Of a stretch of 64,000 nucleotides of DNA, positions 18,410 through 28,329 are shown one piece after another. Source of the stretch: a virus. The stretch spans positions 18,277 to 82,276 of IMG/VR virus record IMGVR_UViG_3300022562_001344; one strand, 5' to 3'. Each line of letters starts with the position of its first letter. Position 1 is the stretch's first letter. The position numbers and the translations under genes were made by a program. The notes beneath the pieces are model-generated. The model ran no database searches. It was given only the letters and a program-made list of their open reading frames with translations, and was not told the DNA's origin.

Positions 18410-20365
18410 ATGCCGAGTACTGAGAAGCCCGACAAGAGCCGTCTTAGCGGCGTGGTGGACTCGGTCCTGAACGCTCGGCGCAGGGCTCGCGGCGATGATC
18501 AGCCCGAGTTTCTGAACATAATCGAGTTCATCGACAGGTTCAACCTTCTTCCGGACGGGCTCTTCCCGGTCCAGAAGTTTATCCTGAAGCTGTACTACGA
18601 CATCCCGCTCGACGACACCGTTCCGGAGAAGGAAAGCGATAAGATCAAGATCACCGACAGGTACGGGAACTTCAAGGGGTACCTGTCCGAGGTTCAGTAT
18701 CTCCAATACCTGTACGAGCAGGGCCGGTGCAACATCAAAGAGCAAGGCGGTAGGCCTCGCCGCGAGCTTATTCTCGTCCTCGGTCGCCGGTCCGGGAAGA
18801 GCACGCTCAGCTCCATCATCACCGTGTATGAGCTCTACCGGCTCCTGGTCCGCGGCCAGCCTCAGTCCTACTACGGCGTCCCGGACGGGAGCGAGATACG
18901 CATTATGTGCGTTGCCAACGACAAGGACCAGGCGGAGATCGTCTACCAGGTCATATCGAACTACACGACGACGCTCGACTACTTTTCCGACTCCCTCGTC
19001 CATGACACGAAGACCTACCAGAGGTTCCAGACCGCCAGGGACGTCGAGAAATTTGGGAAGGGGGACCTAAAGAACGGCGGGAAGGGGACGCTCACGGTCA
19101 CCTTCAAGAGCTCCGTCGCCAAGGGCCTCCGCGGCCGCGGCAATATCGTCGTGATCCTCGACGAGATTGCGTTCTTCGTGGACGACGGGAAGTCCTCTGC
19201 GAAGCAGATATACAGGGCCATCACCCCGGCCACGAAGCAGTTCTCCCCGAAGGACCCGACGGACAAGCGCGTCCCCATAGGTCCGACGGAGGGCCGCGTC
19301 ATCCTCATCTCGTCCCCGGACGCGAAGGAGGGGTTCTTCTTTCAGCAATACCAGACAAGCAAGTCAGGCGGCAAAGCCGCTCGGGACATGCTCATGATCC
19401 AGGCCCCGACCTGGGAGGTTAACCCGACCCTCAGCCCGGAGGACTACGAGATCGAGTATGCGAAGGCGCCCAGCGATTTCGAGACGGAGTACGGGGCCAA
19501 GTTCTCTGACCGTGTCCGGGGCTGGATCGAGAACGCCAAGGATCTGACTGACTGCATAATTCCCGGCCTCGTCCCTCTGCCGAGGGGGAACCCGAGGGAA
19601 CCTTTCTTTGCCGGCCTGGACTTCGGCATAGCCCAGGACGGGACCTCCGTCAGCCTCACCCACCTGACGGAGGGGCGCATCCAGCTCGGATACCACGAGA
19701 CCTGGTACGCCGGGAAGCGCTGGGAAGAGTCAAACCCACACCTCGTTGGCCCACTCGTCCCCTACGCCAGGACTCTCCAGGACGTGGACCGTCTCGACAT
19801 TGACGAGATCATCGATTGGCTCGTGATCCTGTCGAAGCGCTTCTACATAGAGAAGGGCCTTTTCGACCAGTACGCCGGCCACATCTTCGAGCAGAAGCTC
19901 CATAAGTCCGGCCTCCGGCAGTTCGAGATGCGGAAGTTCACCGCAGCAGAGGCTTCCTCGTGCTACGGGAACGCCCGCTTTCTGATGTACGCGCATCAGC
20001 TCGGCCTGTACGACTATCCGATCCCGGAACAGTCCTCCGGGATTGAGCTTAGCGAGGATCTCCACTCTCCGCACATCGTCGAGCTCCTCGAGCTCCAGGC
20101 CTCCTCCGGAGGGAAGAACATCACGGTTGTCGAAGCTCCGAAAGTCCAGGGGAAGCACGATGACTTCTCCGACAGCCTCGTCAGGAGCTGCATGCTTGCT
20201 GCCGAGTATGTCCGGGAGAACCCGGATGCCCTCGAGTTGAGTCAACATCGGATCGTGGTCCCGACCCAAGCCAGGGCCGTCGGGTACCACCAGTTCCATC
20301 GCGCCAGGGCCCGTATACACGGCCCGCCTCCCCGGGAGCGCCGGGTCTTCCCCCGTCGAAGATAG
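18410..20365 (+). CDS. terL: terminase large subunit
   Basis: Walker A LGRRSGKS, LRG, Walker B VILDEIAF, ISSP coupling motif, EYGAKF, nuclease AGLDFG and HDDFSD. Confidence 0.93.
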   Translation: MPSTEKPDKSRLSGVVDSVLNARRRARGDDQPEFLNIIEFIDRFNLLPDGLFPVQKFILKLYYDIPLDDTVPEKESDKIKITDRYGNFKGYLSEVQYLQYLYEQGRCNIKEQGGRPRRELILVLGRRSGKSTLSSIITVYELYRLLVRGQPQSYYGVPDGSEIRIMCVANDKDQAEIVYQVISNYTTTLDYFSDSLVHDTKTYQRFQTARDVEKFGKGDLKNGGKGTLTVTFKSSVAKGLRGRGNIVVILDEIAFFVDDGKSSAKQIYRAITPATKQFSPKDPTDKRVPIGPTEGRVILISSPDAKEGFFFQQYQTSKSGGKAARDMLMIQAPTWEVNPTLSPEDYEIEYAKAPSDFETEYGAKFSDRVRGWIENAKDLTDCIIPGLVPLPRGNPREPFFAGLDFGIAQDGTSVSLTHLTEGRIQLGYHETWYAGKRWEESNPHLVGPLVPYARTLQDVDRLDIDEIIDWLVILSKRFYIEKGLFDQYAGHIFEQKLHKSGLRQFEMRKFTAAEASSCYGNARFLMYAHQLGLYDYPIPEQSSGIELSEDLHSPHIVELLELQASSGGKNITVVEAPKVQGKHDDFSDSLVRSCMLAAEYVRENPDALELSQHRIVVPTQARAVGYHQFHRARARIHGPPPRERRVFPRRR

Positions 20366-20390
20366 GCCTGTTATCCCTTCTGACAGCCGG

Positions 20391-20660
20391 ATGAAGGACC
20401 TCGACGTAAAGGACACGGCTGCGTACCGGATCATTCGTCAGGTCGTCGACCACACCTGGGGCTCGGACGAGAAGCTCGACGACGACGAGGTCGTGTCCCT
20501 TTGCCGGGACTTTAAGGACCTCGGCGGGACTTGGAGGGGGATAATGGACGGCGACATGGGATGCGTCAAAGCCCTCGAGAACGCTATCGACGCCCACATA
20601 CGCTTCCGAATGTTGTCTAGAGCCGCGTCAAAGCTGGTGAGAGACAGCTCTTACAGGTAG
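20391..20660 (+). CDS. hypothetical protein
   Basis: 89 aa ORF between terL and portal. Confidence 0.6.
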   Translation: MKDLDVKDTAAYRIIRQVVDHTWGSDEKLDDDEVVSLCRDFKDLGGTWRGIMDGDMGCVKALENAIDAHIRFRMLSRAASKLVRDSSYR

Positions 20661-20668
20661 GGTTCGGC

Positions 20669-21289
20669 GTGGCTGACCCATCCGAAACCCGGACGGACCC
20701 TGCCGTCCCCACCCTCACGAAGGAGCGTCGTCCCACGCCGAAAGAGCGTGTGAGGGAGTCCATGGCCGGAGACCTTAGGTCCGCCATGAACGCCTCCGAG
20801 CGCATGTCTTTGAAGCTCGAGGAGGCCACGAAGGAGCTCCGTGCGGCCCTGCAGTCAGCCCTCGCTCTGGAGCAGGAGGCGCCCCGGGGAGGCCGGGACC
20901 AGGCTGACCGGTTCGTCAAGGACCTGTCTCTCGCCGTCCGGACCCTAGATTCTCTCGCCTCCCGCGCCAGGCAGTCCCTTGATGAGGCTTCCTCCCGGAA
21001 GGCGGCTCATTTGGAGGCACACGAGAAGGTCTGTTCGAGGATCGACTCCTCCATGTCTCGCGTCCGTGCGGCCCTCGAGGCCGCCGTCCTCCTGGACCGC
21101 GTCTCCGGTTCCGGCTTCAACGTTGAGGTCCGCCTGAATCGTCGCCTCGGGGTTCGGGACATCGTCCGGACTCTTCACACGGCCCACGTCCAGCTTTCGA
21201 GGTCTGTTCGCCTTTCGAGAGCGAAGGCCAGCTCCCACGATCGGGCTGTCACAGACCTTCTGGACGAGACGGGTTCGACCTTCGAATGA
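20669..21289 (+). CDS. coiled-coil hypothetical protein
   Basis: 206 aa helical ORF; GTAGGGT-N5-GTG start. Confidence 0.6.
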   Translation: MADPSETRTDPAVPTLTKERRPTPKERVRESMAGDLRSAMNASERMSLKLEEATKELRAALQSALALEQEAPRGGRDQADRFVKDLSLAVRTLDSLASRARQSLDEASSRKAAHLEAHEKVCSRIDSSMSRVRAALEAAVLLDRVSGSGFNVEVRLNRRLGVRDIVRTLHTAHVQLSRSVRLSRAKASSHDRAVTDLLDETGSTFE

Positions 21290-21319
21290 TACGCCTTTTG
21301 GACGACCAGGTAACGAGAC

Positions 21320-23119
21320 ATGGCCGCTAGCAAAAAGGGCACCGGGCAGGGACGCACCCGCGTAGGTCAGCCCATCCAGTACGTGGACGACCAGAAGGTC
21401 CCCAGCAACCGCCTCACGAAGCTCGAGAGACAGGCGCGCAGGGAAGCCGCCCAGTCCATCCGGGTCGCGTCGCTCGGGTTCGGAAGCTTTGGGAATAGTG
21501 GGCCCGGTTCCATTCTCAACGCTGACTCCCAGTTCTACAGCCCCCAGCTCTCCACCGACTTCCTCGAGCTACCCCAGTCGGAGCGCGAGAAGCGCGAGCT
21601 CTTCCGGTTCTGGTACACGACACACCCGATCGTCGGCGCGTCTATCGACTTTCACACCGACGTCCCGATGTCGAAGATCCGTCTTTCCCTCCCGAAGGCG
21701 AAGGATAAGACGCGGGCGAAGCAAATTCTGCACTTCTATCAGCAGATGTGCAAGCGGATCAAGCTTTTCCAGGTCCTGTACGACGCGACTCATGAGTACT
21801 GGCTGCACGGGAACGTCTTCATTTTCTGTGAGGACGACGACATGGCGTCGGACATCCCGGAATCGGCCCTCGTTGACGAGAAGGAAGAAGAGGTCGGAGC
21901 CGTCGACTACGCCGGACGACTCGAGCGAAGGAGCATCAAGAAGAAGATCCCGAAGCCCGAGAAGGAGCGCGAGAAGATCATCCACAAGCTCGTGCAGGAC
22001 AAGTACCAGGGATGGCAGCGCCTGCAGATCCTTCCTCCGGAGCAGGTGAGGCTCGAGGTCTTCCAGTACACGGACAAGACGCGCATGGAGCTCATCCCGT
22101 CCGAGAAGGACAGGATGGTCGTCCTGAAGGCGGAGCAGCAGGGGGACTCCGACGCCGCCAGGATCGCGAACGACATGCCCGAGCAGATCCGTGAGAATCT
22201 GCTCAACGGCCAGCCCATACCGCTGAACACGAGCCCGTACGAGGACTTTCTTTGTTCCTCGTTCTGCTACCACCTCTCGCACAAGAAGTCGGCCTACGAC
22301 GATCGGGGTATCTCCATCCTCGAGCGCTGTCTCCGAACTCTCCTATATCAGGATAAGCTTCGTCAGGCCCAGACCCAGATCGCCTCCCGCGCCATGACCC
22401 CGAAGCGGGTCGTTTGGGCGGACAAGATGAGCCAGACCGACGTCGACGACGTCCGGGATCAGATCGATCAGGCGCTCATCGACCCGGACTTCACCGTCGT
22501 CACGAACTTCGAGCTGCACTGGGACGAGATCGGGTCCCGGGACAGGCTCCTCGACCTTTCCGTCGAGTACGAGATCACGAACAAGCTCTTGTTCATAGGC
22601 CTGCGCATCACCGAGTCGATGCTGACCGGCGAGAGCACCTACGCCGGCGAGCGCATCCATCTCGATGTGATGAACACGATGTACCTCCTTTACCGGGAGA
22701 CCATCGCACAGTTTGTCGAGGAGCAGCTCTTCGCCCCGGTGGCAGAAAAGAAGGGGTTCTGGGAGGAGGACGAGGCAGGGAATAAGGTCCTGCTCTATCC
22801 CAAGCTCCAGTTCACGCGGCTCGCTCTGCGCGACAACACCGAGCTCCAGGACTTTATGTTCAACCTGTATCAGAAGGGCTCGATGCCCGTCTCGTACATC
22901 TACGAGCTCCTGAACATCGACGTGGACGACGCGCACGCGGAGCTCCTTAAGGACTTCCTGACTCTCAAGGACTCGACGATGAATGAGCTCATTCGGGAGC
23001 TCCTCTCCACCGTCGGGAGCGCCTTCGCGGACGAGACGAACGCCAAGGAGCTCATCGCGAAGAACCTCGGCCTCATCCTTCAGGATAAGGAAAGCGACCG
23101 CTTCGGCAAGGAGGAGTAG
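21320..23119 (+). CDS. portal protein
   Basis: 599 aa after terL; FWY..HPIVGASIDFH, EYWLHGNVF, RGISILERCLR, EQLFAPVA patterns typical of portals. Confidence 0.85.
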   Translation: MAASKKGTGQGRTRVGQPIQYVDDQKVPSNRLTKLERQARREAAQSIRVASLGFGSFGNSGPGSILNADSQFYSPQLSTDFLELPQSEREKRELFRFWYTTHPIVGASIDFHTDVPMSKIRLSLPKAKDKTRAKQILHFYQQMCKRIKLFQVLYDATHEYWLHGNVFIFCEDDDMASDIPESALVDEKEEEVGAVDYAGRLERRSIKKKIPKPEKEREKIIHKLVQDKYQGWQRLQILPPEQVRLEVFQYTDKTRMELIPSEKDRMVVLKAEQQGDSDAARIANDMPEQIRENLLNGQPIPLNTSPYEDFLCSSFCYHLSHKKSAYDDRGISILERCLRTLLYQDKLRQAQTQIASRAMTPKRVVWADKMSQTDVDDVRDQIDQALIDPDFTVVTNFELHWDEIGSRDRLLDLSVEYEITNKLLFIGLRITESMLTGESTYAGERIHLDVMNTMYLLYRETIAQFVEEQLFAPVAEKKGFWEEDEAGNKVLLYPKLQFTRLALRDNTELQDFMFNLYQKGSMPVSYIYELLNIDVDDAHAELLKDFLTLKDSTMNELIRELLSTVGSAFADETNAKELIAKNLGLILQDKESDRFGKEE

Positions 23120-23165
23120 CTCGCCCTTTCATGTCGGGGCTGGCTGAACGCCTCAGGAATATCTG

Positions 23166-25394
23166 ATGCCTAGCGATCTCTCACCCGTCGAGAAGGAGGA
23201 GCGCGAAGTTGAGCGGCTCGTGCACAAGAGGCCCCCTCCTAGCCGGAAAAACCGACCGAGGCGGGGTCCGAAGCACGACAATCGGCGCCGGCGCATGAAG
23301 ACGGAGGACCCGGACCTGAAGGGCGGGGATCCAGACATGTCCCTGAACCGGAAGACGCAGGGGTCCGTCGCCCTGGCTGCGGCTCGGATCGTCTTGGCTA
23401 AGACTGCGGACGACCTCGACGCTGTCGTCGACAGCTTCACCGACGACCTTCACAGCGTGTCCCCGGCCCTCGCCAAGGACTTCTCCAAGTACGCCGAAAG
23501 CCAGCACGTCGAATGGGTCAAGGAGGGATGGGCGGACGAAGACGCAATCAAGAAGGAGATATCGGACATCACCAAGATGTCCTCGAGCTTCAAGAAGCTC
23601 GGCAGGTCTCTCTCGAGCGTCTTGCGCCGGGCTGACGCCGAGGACATTCCTGAAATCGTTTCTCAGCACTGGCCGTCCGGGCCCAGGGGGTGGGCTGAGC
23701 GGGGGGCCGTCCTCGATGGCCTTCTTTCCGCGATTGATTCTGTACGCCTTCCTCAGGCTTACAAGGTTCCGTTCTTGCGCGGGAACCCGACCGACGCTCT
23801 CCAGGACCGCAAGCTCCTACGTAAGCTCATCGAGTCTTCCGGATCTGCCGCCCAGTCGACCGAGGAGGACATCCTCCGGTTCTCGCAGCTCGCGGCCGCA
23901 TACCAGCTTCTCTCTGCTAACCCGGAGTCAGTGAGCGTAGAGTCCATGCGGTCCGGCATGGACGACTTGGCCAAGGAGCTCGACGAGAGCTCGAAAGAGC
24001 TGTTCGAGCTCGGAGAGATTCTCGACGCCTGGGTCTCAACTTCCAAGGAGTTTAAGCCGTCGAAGTCCAGGAGTCCGACGTTCGAGAGCACTCGGGACTA
24101 CAACCGTGTCCTCAGTAGCCTCGATGATTTCTTCAACAGCAGCGAAATCGTTGACCCGGGCCCGGTCATAGACGAGCTCGAGGAATACGCGAAGGAGAAC
24201 TTCGAGTCCTTGCCCCCGGAGCTCGAGGGGATGTTCGAGGGGTTCAAGCGTGCAGCAGCTTCTAATAAGCCCTGCGGTGAGGCCATGTCCAAGCGTGTAG
24301 CTACGTATCACGGAGTCGTGGATCAGAGGGGCAACCCGGTCCAGACTACGAACACCGGATACAAGTCGTTCCACAGCCGGCACTTCACCGAGGAGAACTA
24401 CAAGGCCATCCTCGCGTACGCCGACGCGCTGTTGGAAGAACCTTGGCTGAAGTACGGGTGGGACGGCGGATCCAAGGACGCCCAGATCAGGGCGGCGCTG
24501 GATCTCGCTATCCACATGGCCGACGAGAGCCTCTATCAGTCGAAGATCGACGTTGACACGTACAACCTTCTTTACGCCCGCTTCGCCAAGACGGGCCAGG
24601 ACACTTTCTCAGAGACCGTCATACCCGAGCAGGGGAAGGTCGGCAAGAAGAGGAGCGCGAAAGAGATGAGGAACCGACAGGCGTACCAGAACATCGTCCG
24701 CGTCGCGAGCGAGCTCAGGACGAAGGATCCTGCCGCTGCCCTCGACATCATCAAGAACCTCAGGAGCCTCGTCTCTTCGGATGTCGATCCTGCGGACTCG
24801 ATCCAGTCCCACGTCGCCCTCGAGGAGACGGACGCCGAGCCCGCTCAGGCCCCGCAGGACCTCGTCGGCGGGTGCGAGGCCGGCGCCGACGAGGAGGAGA
24901 CTGCCCAGACTATGGTCGAGCAGGAGCGCGTCTCCCAGGATCCCGGGGACACGCTCGAGTTCCGCTCCATGGGCGACTCCGACTTCAAGAAGCTCAAGCA
25001 GGACCTGAAGCGGGAAGTCGATCAGCTCTTCAGTGAAGACGACGTCGACGCCTTCCTCTCCGGGTTCGAGAACATCATCGCCGACGTGGAGAAGAAGACT
25101 GCTTCGGCTCTTGGAGACGGTGTCCCCCTCTCCGTCCTCATCAAGCTTGCCGCGGCTTCGCCGGAGGCGAAGTTCCTCCTCGGCCCGGTCATCGTGGCCG
25201 CGAAGAAGAAGAAGGACAAGAAGAAGGCCCCGAAGAAGGGGAAGAAGGCTCCGAAGAAGGATAAGGGCCCCGAGTCCAAGTCCGCTCCCCCGTTCGGCGG
25301 CAAGAAGGCTCCGCCCTTCGGCGGCAAGAAGGCTCCGCCCTTCGGCGGCAAGAAGAAGAAGGCTTCCCTCACCGTCGAGGACGCCAACTGGTGA
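23166..25394 (+). CDS. large head-associated hypothetical protein with Lys-rich tail
   Basis: 742 aa; basic N-terminus, multiple K/R-x-A motifs, APPFGGKK x3. Confidence 0.75.
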   Translation: MPSDLSPVEKEEREVERLVHKRPPPSRKNRPRRGPKHDNRRRRMKTEDPDLKGGDPDMSLNRKTQGSVALAAARIVLAKTADDLDAVVDSFTDDLHSVSPALAKDFSKYAESQHVEWVKEGWADEDAIKKEISDITKMSSSFKKLGRSLSSVLRRADAEDIPEIVSQHWPSGPRGWAERGAVLDGLLSAIDSVRLPQAYKVPFLRGNPTDALQDRKLLRKLIESSGSAAQSTEEDILRFSQLAAAYQLLSANPESVSVESMRSGMDDLAKELDESSKELFELGEILDAWVSTSKEFKPSKSRSPTFESTRDYNRVLSSLDDFFNSSEIVDPGPVIDELEEYAKENFESLPPELEGMFEGFKRAAASNKPCGEAMSKRVATYHGVVDQRGNPVQTTNTGYKSFHSRHFTEENYKAILAYADALLEEPWLKYGWDGGSKDAQIRAALDLAIHMADESLYQSKIDVDTYNLLYARFAKTGQDTFSETVIPEQGKVGKKRSAKEMRNRQAYQNIVRVASELRTKDPAAALDIIKNLRSLVSSDVDPADSIQSHVALEETDAEPAQAPQDLVGGCEAGADEEETAQTMVEQERVSQDPGDTLEFRSMGDSDFKKLKQDLKREVDQLFSEDDVDAFLSGFENIIADVEKKTASALGDGVPLSVLIKLAAASPEAKFLLGPVIVAAKKKKDKKKAPKKGKKAPKKDKGPESKSAPPFGGKKAPPFGGKKAPPFGGKKKKASLTVEDANW
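25284..25355 (+). repeat. 24-bp tandem repeat x3 (APPFGGKK)
   Basis: gctcc(c/g)cc(g/c)ttcggcggcaagaag three times. Confidence 0.9.
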
Positions 25395-25437
25395 GGCTTC
25401 TATGCCTGCCGAAACGTTGACACCTGGGAGATCCACG

Positions 25438-25920
25438 ATGGACAAGAAGATTGCAAGCCAGATGCTGACGAAGTTGGAGGCCACCGCCAACGACGTCGAG
25501 GCCCTCGTCAAGGCGGGGAAGGTCGATCCGCGCGAGGCGTCGAAGCTCGTCCGCAACATCGACAGTTTCTCGGACAAGATCGAGATTGCGGCATACGGCG
25601 AGAAGTCCTTCAACGCCCGTAGGGCGAAGGTCCTCATGAAGGAGCCGGACGAGCCCTACATGGACACCTTCGAGAACCCGAACAAGGTCATCGACGGCGA
25701 CAAGGACGAGCCCTACATGCACGACTCGGGCGCGTCCTTCAACGGGAAGAGCATCCCGACCTACGATCAGGACAACACCCACAGCATGTCCGAGCGCGAC
25801 GAGTTCAACGTCCGCGACTTGAGCGAGTGGGCGGACGGGACGAAGCAGCAGCCGTCCTGGCCCGGCGGCTCGGCCGGTAAGAGCACGAAGCAGGGATCCA
25901 CCAAGACCTGGGCCCCCTGA
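25438..25920 (+). CDS. hypothetical head-module protein
   Basis: GGGAG SD; MDKKIAS; DEPYM twice. Confidence 0.75.
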   Translation: MDKKIASQMLTKLEATANDVEALVKAGKVDPREASKLVRNIDSFSDKIEIAAYGEKSFNARRAKVLMKEPDEPYMDTFENPNKVIDGDKDEPYMHDSGASFNGKSIPTYDQDNTHSMSERDEFNVRDLSEWADGTKQQPSWPGGSAGKSTKQGSTKTWAP

Positions 25921-25972
25921 GCGTCCTTCTCCCGGGTAGCTCCGGCCAGGTGTTTGAGCACTGAGCACTGAG

Positions 25973-26821
25973 ATGAGGACGCGGACCGCTTTCGTAGACG
26001 ACATGCAGGCGGCGAAGGACTTCGCCACCGGCGACATTGTGCGCAGGATGGGCTACAGGGAGATGCTCCCGGGTCCGTTCGCCGGCCGTGTCATCTATTC
26101 GAACCCGCACACTGGGAAGGTCCACGTTCAGTGGCCGTGGGGCGACGAAGAGGAGCCCGCGACCGAGCTGGTCCGCGACCTTTCCGGTGAGGTGGCTGTC
26201 AACGGGGCCCTGGACTCCATGTACTCGACGTGGGAGGGTTCCAGGCTCATCAACGACCCGATCACGGCGAAGTCCGACAAGAAGTGGTTCGAGGGCCTCC
26301 TCAAGAAGGACGAGAAATGGCGTAAGCAGGTCGCCGCCGACCTGTCCATCTCCGGCGACCGCCTCTTGCGCCTCGCCAGAATCGTCCAGGCCTACGAACT
26401 CCGGACGAAGCCGGTCTGGATCGCCGCCTGTAAGGCCTGGTACAAGGGCATCGACGAAATATCCGCCTTCCGCCGCATCGCCAGGATGCACGCGAAGGAC
26501 TTCGGGATCGACGCCGTCAGGCTCACGGTCTCGAACCTGTACGGGCTGGCCTCCAATCCCGACCCACGCCTCGCTCTGTATTGGAAGGACGGCGGGCGGA
26601 AGTACAAGGTTACGAAGAGGGAGAGGGACTCCGGGTCGCTTTCCTGTCCGAGGTGCAGGAATTCCCTGAAGCCGCGGACCTACCGGCACCAGAAGAGGGT
26701 CCTCCAGTGCCGTGGGTGCGGTTTCACGATCTCGCCGAAGGACCTCATCTGGGACGCAGATCCCGAGGTCTCCCCGTCCGCTGTCGTGGACCCCGTGAAC
26801 CCCGTGGAGCCCACGCCGTGA
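25973..26821 (+). CDS. hypothetical protein with C-terminal zinc ribbon
   Basis: SH3-like N-terminus (GRVIYSN..VHVQWPWG); CPRC..CRGC. Confidence 0.75.
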   Translation: MRTRTAFVDDMQAAKDFATGDIVRRMGYREMLPGPFAGRVIYSNPHTGKVHVQWPWGDEEEPATELVRDLSGEVAVNGALDSMYSTWEGSRLINDPITAKSDKKWFEGLLKKDEKWRKQVAADLSISGDRLLRLARIVQAYELRTKPVWIAACKAWYKGIDEISAFRRIARMHAKDFGIDAVRLTVSNLYGLASNPDPRLALYWKDGGRKYKVTKRERDSGSLSCPRCRNSLKPRTYRHQKRVLQCRGCGFTISPKDLIWDADPEVSPSAVVDPVNPVEPTP

Positions 26822-27822
26822 ACGCCGCCAAGAATCTCCTTCGGATCGCGGCCTCCATCGAGGCCTCCGATCCGATCCTCTCCTACGAGCTCTCCTCGAA
26901 TGTCCGCCGGATAGTCGGGGACCACGTTCGCGTCTCTGTCGTCAACCCCGGGGTGAAGACCTTCGAGGAGTACGTCGAGCAGATGGTTGCGGTCCTGAAG
27001 TCCCTCGAGCAGGAGCTCGAGACCGCCCTCACGGACCTCGACGATGCGCGCGAGTTCGCGAAGTTCTTCACCGAGGGCCTTGCCGAGGAGGAAGAGCTCA
27101 AGCAGCTCCTCGAGAAGTCGAGATCTCTCGGAAAGGTCGCGTCGACAGCTGGGTTCGGAGACTGGTTCAAGGGAGTCGTCAACCTCTTCCGTAGCGAGAA
27201 CAAAGAGGATGAAGAGTCCGGCGCCCAGCCGTCTTACACACTCGACGAGGGCACGATCGACGACTTCGTCGAGGGCAGCTCCGAGTGGGCCGACGCGTCC
27301 CACTACATCGAGCAGGAGTTCCGGGAGAACAAGGAGTTCTTCGGAGGGGCGGACGAGGTCCTGGCCGCGCTCGGCGACCTGAAGCAGTCCCCGACCGAAG
27401 ACGGCGTGAAGTCTCTCCTCGAGAAGGTGAAGCAGTACATTCGCTTCGGCGAGCGCATGCTCAACGGAGTGCGGAAGCACCTTTTGGAGCCGGCCGCCAA
27501 GATCACGCTCGAGGAGGACGAGGAGCCGGCCGCCAAGGGCGGGACCGGCCCGGACCTCAAAGTTGACCTGGAGGACACGGTCGGCCACTACATTGACGCC
27601 CTCCGCGGGGCCCTCGGTGATGAGAAGAAGACCGTCAACCTCCTGAAGGAGCTGTTCGGGAAGGTGGAGCCTCTCGTCCAGGAGGAGAGGGGTGAGATCA
27701 GCTTCGCCGCGCGCCTGGAGGCCAGGCGTCGGATCCTTCCGGTGCTCGTCAAGCTCGCGCACTCCAGGCCGAGCACGCGCCCGGTCCTCCTGCCGATCAT
27801 CAGGCAGGCGGTCGGCCGCTAG
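26818..27822 (+). CDS. helical acidic hypothetical protein
   Basis: GTGA coupling; LLRIAA N-terminus, LVKLAHSRPSTRPVLLPII C-terminus. Confidence 0.7.
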   Translation: MNAAKNLLRIAASIEASDPILSYELSSNVRRIVGDHVRVSVVNPGVKTFEEYVEQMVAVLKSLEQELETALTDLDDAREFAKFFTEGLAEEEELKQLLEKSRSLGKVASTAGFGDWFKGVVNLFRSENKEDEESGAQPSYTLDEGTIDDFVEGSSEWADASHYIEQEFRENKEFFGGADEVLAALGDLKQSPTEDGVKSLLEKVKQYIRFGERMLNGVRKHLLEPAAKITLEEDEEPAAKGGTGPDLKVDLEDTVGHYIDALRGALGDEKKTVNLLKELFGKVEPLVQEERGEISFAARLEARRRILPVLVKLAHSRPSTRPVLLPIIRQAVGR

Positions 27823-28271
27823 CTCTCCATGACCGCCTGGACCTCCTCCAGGTCCAGGCCGATGCGTAGCTGTTCGATCAGCCCGAGCCAGAACTTGGTC
27901 GGCCCCCACTCCGTCTTTCCATCACGGGCTGCGAGGAGGACCACCACCCACCTGGGCGGGCTCGACATTCCGGCCAGTGACAAGGCCATCCCGAGCGCCG
28001 ACTCCATGAGCTCCGACGGCTCGTCCCCGGTCCATCTCCTTCTTCCTCCCCCCTTCTTGCTGTCCAGGATCAACCCCCGCTGCTTTTCCTTCTTCGGTAT
28101 GCGGACTTCGTAGACGATCCCGAGCATCCCGTTGTGTCTGCCGACCCGAAGGCACTTTTCCGGATCGAATAGGGTGAGCCTTCTGGATGGGAGCTCCAGC
28201 AAGTATCCGTCCCTCTTCTTTGAGAGCCTCAGCCACGGTTTTTGTCTTCGTCCGTCCCTCGTCGGCCACAT
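27819..28271 (-). CDS. hypothetical protein with VxxVMxx C-terminal tag
   Basis: GTACCCT-N5-ATG start; ends EEVQAVMES. Confidence 0.6.
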   Translation of the reverse strand: MWPTRDGRRQKPWLRLSKKRDGYLLELPSRRLTLFDPEKCLRVGRHNGMLGIVYEVRIPKKEKQRGLILDSKKGGGRRRWTGDEPSELMESALGMALSLAGMSSPPRWVVVLLAARDGKTEWGPTKFWLGLIEQLRIGLDLEEVQAVMES

Positions 28272-28329
28272 GCCGGAGGGTACGCCGCGGACGCTCAGAT
28301 TTTGATGCTCTTCCTTCGGCAGGGCCTCC

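Noticed and set aside
18410-20365. Intein or intron in terminase/portal/MCP
   Set aside because: No C..HN splice motifs or LAGLIDADG blocks; lengths are normal
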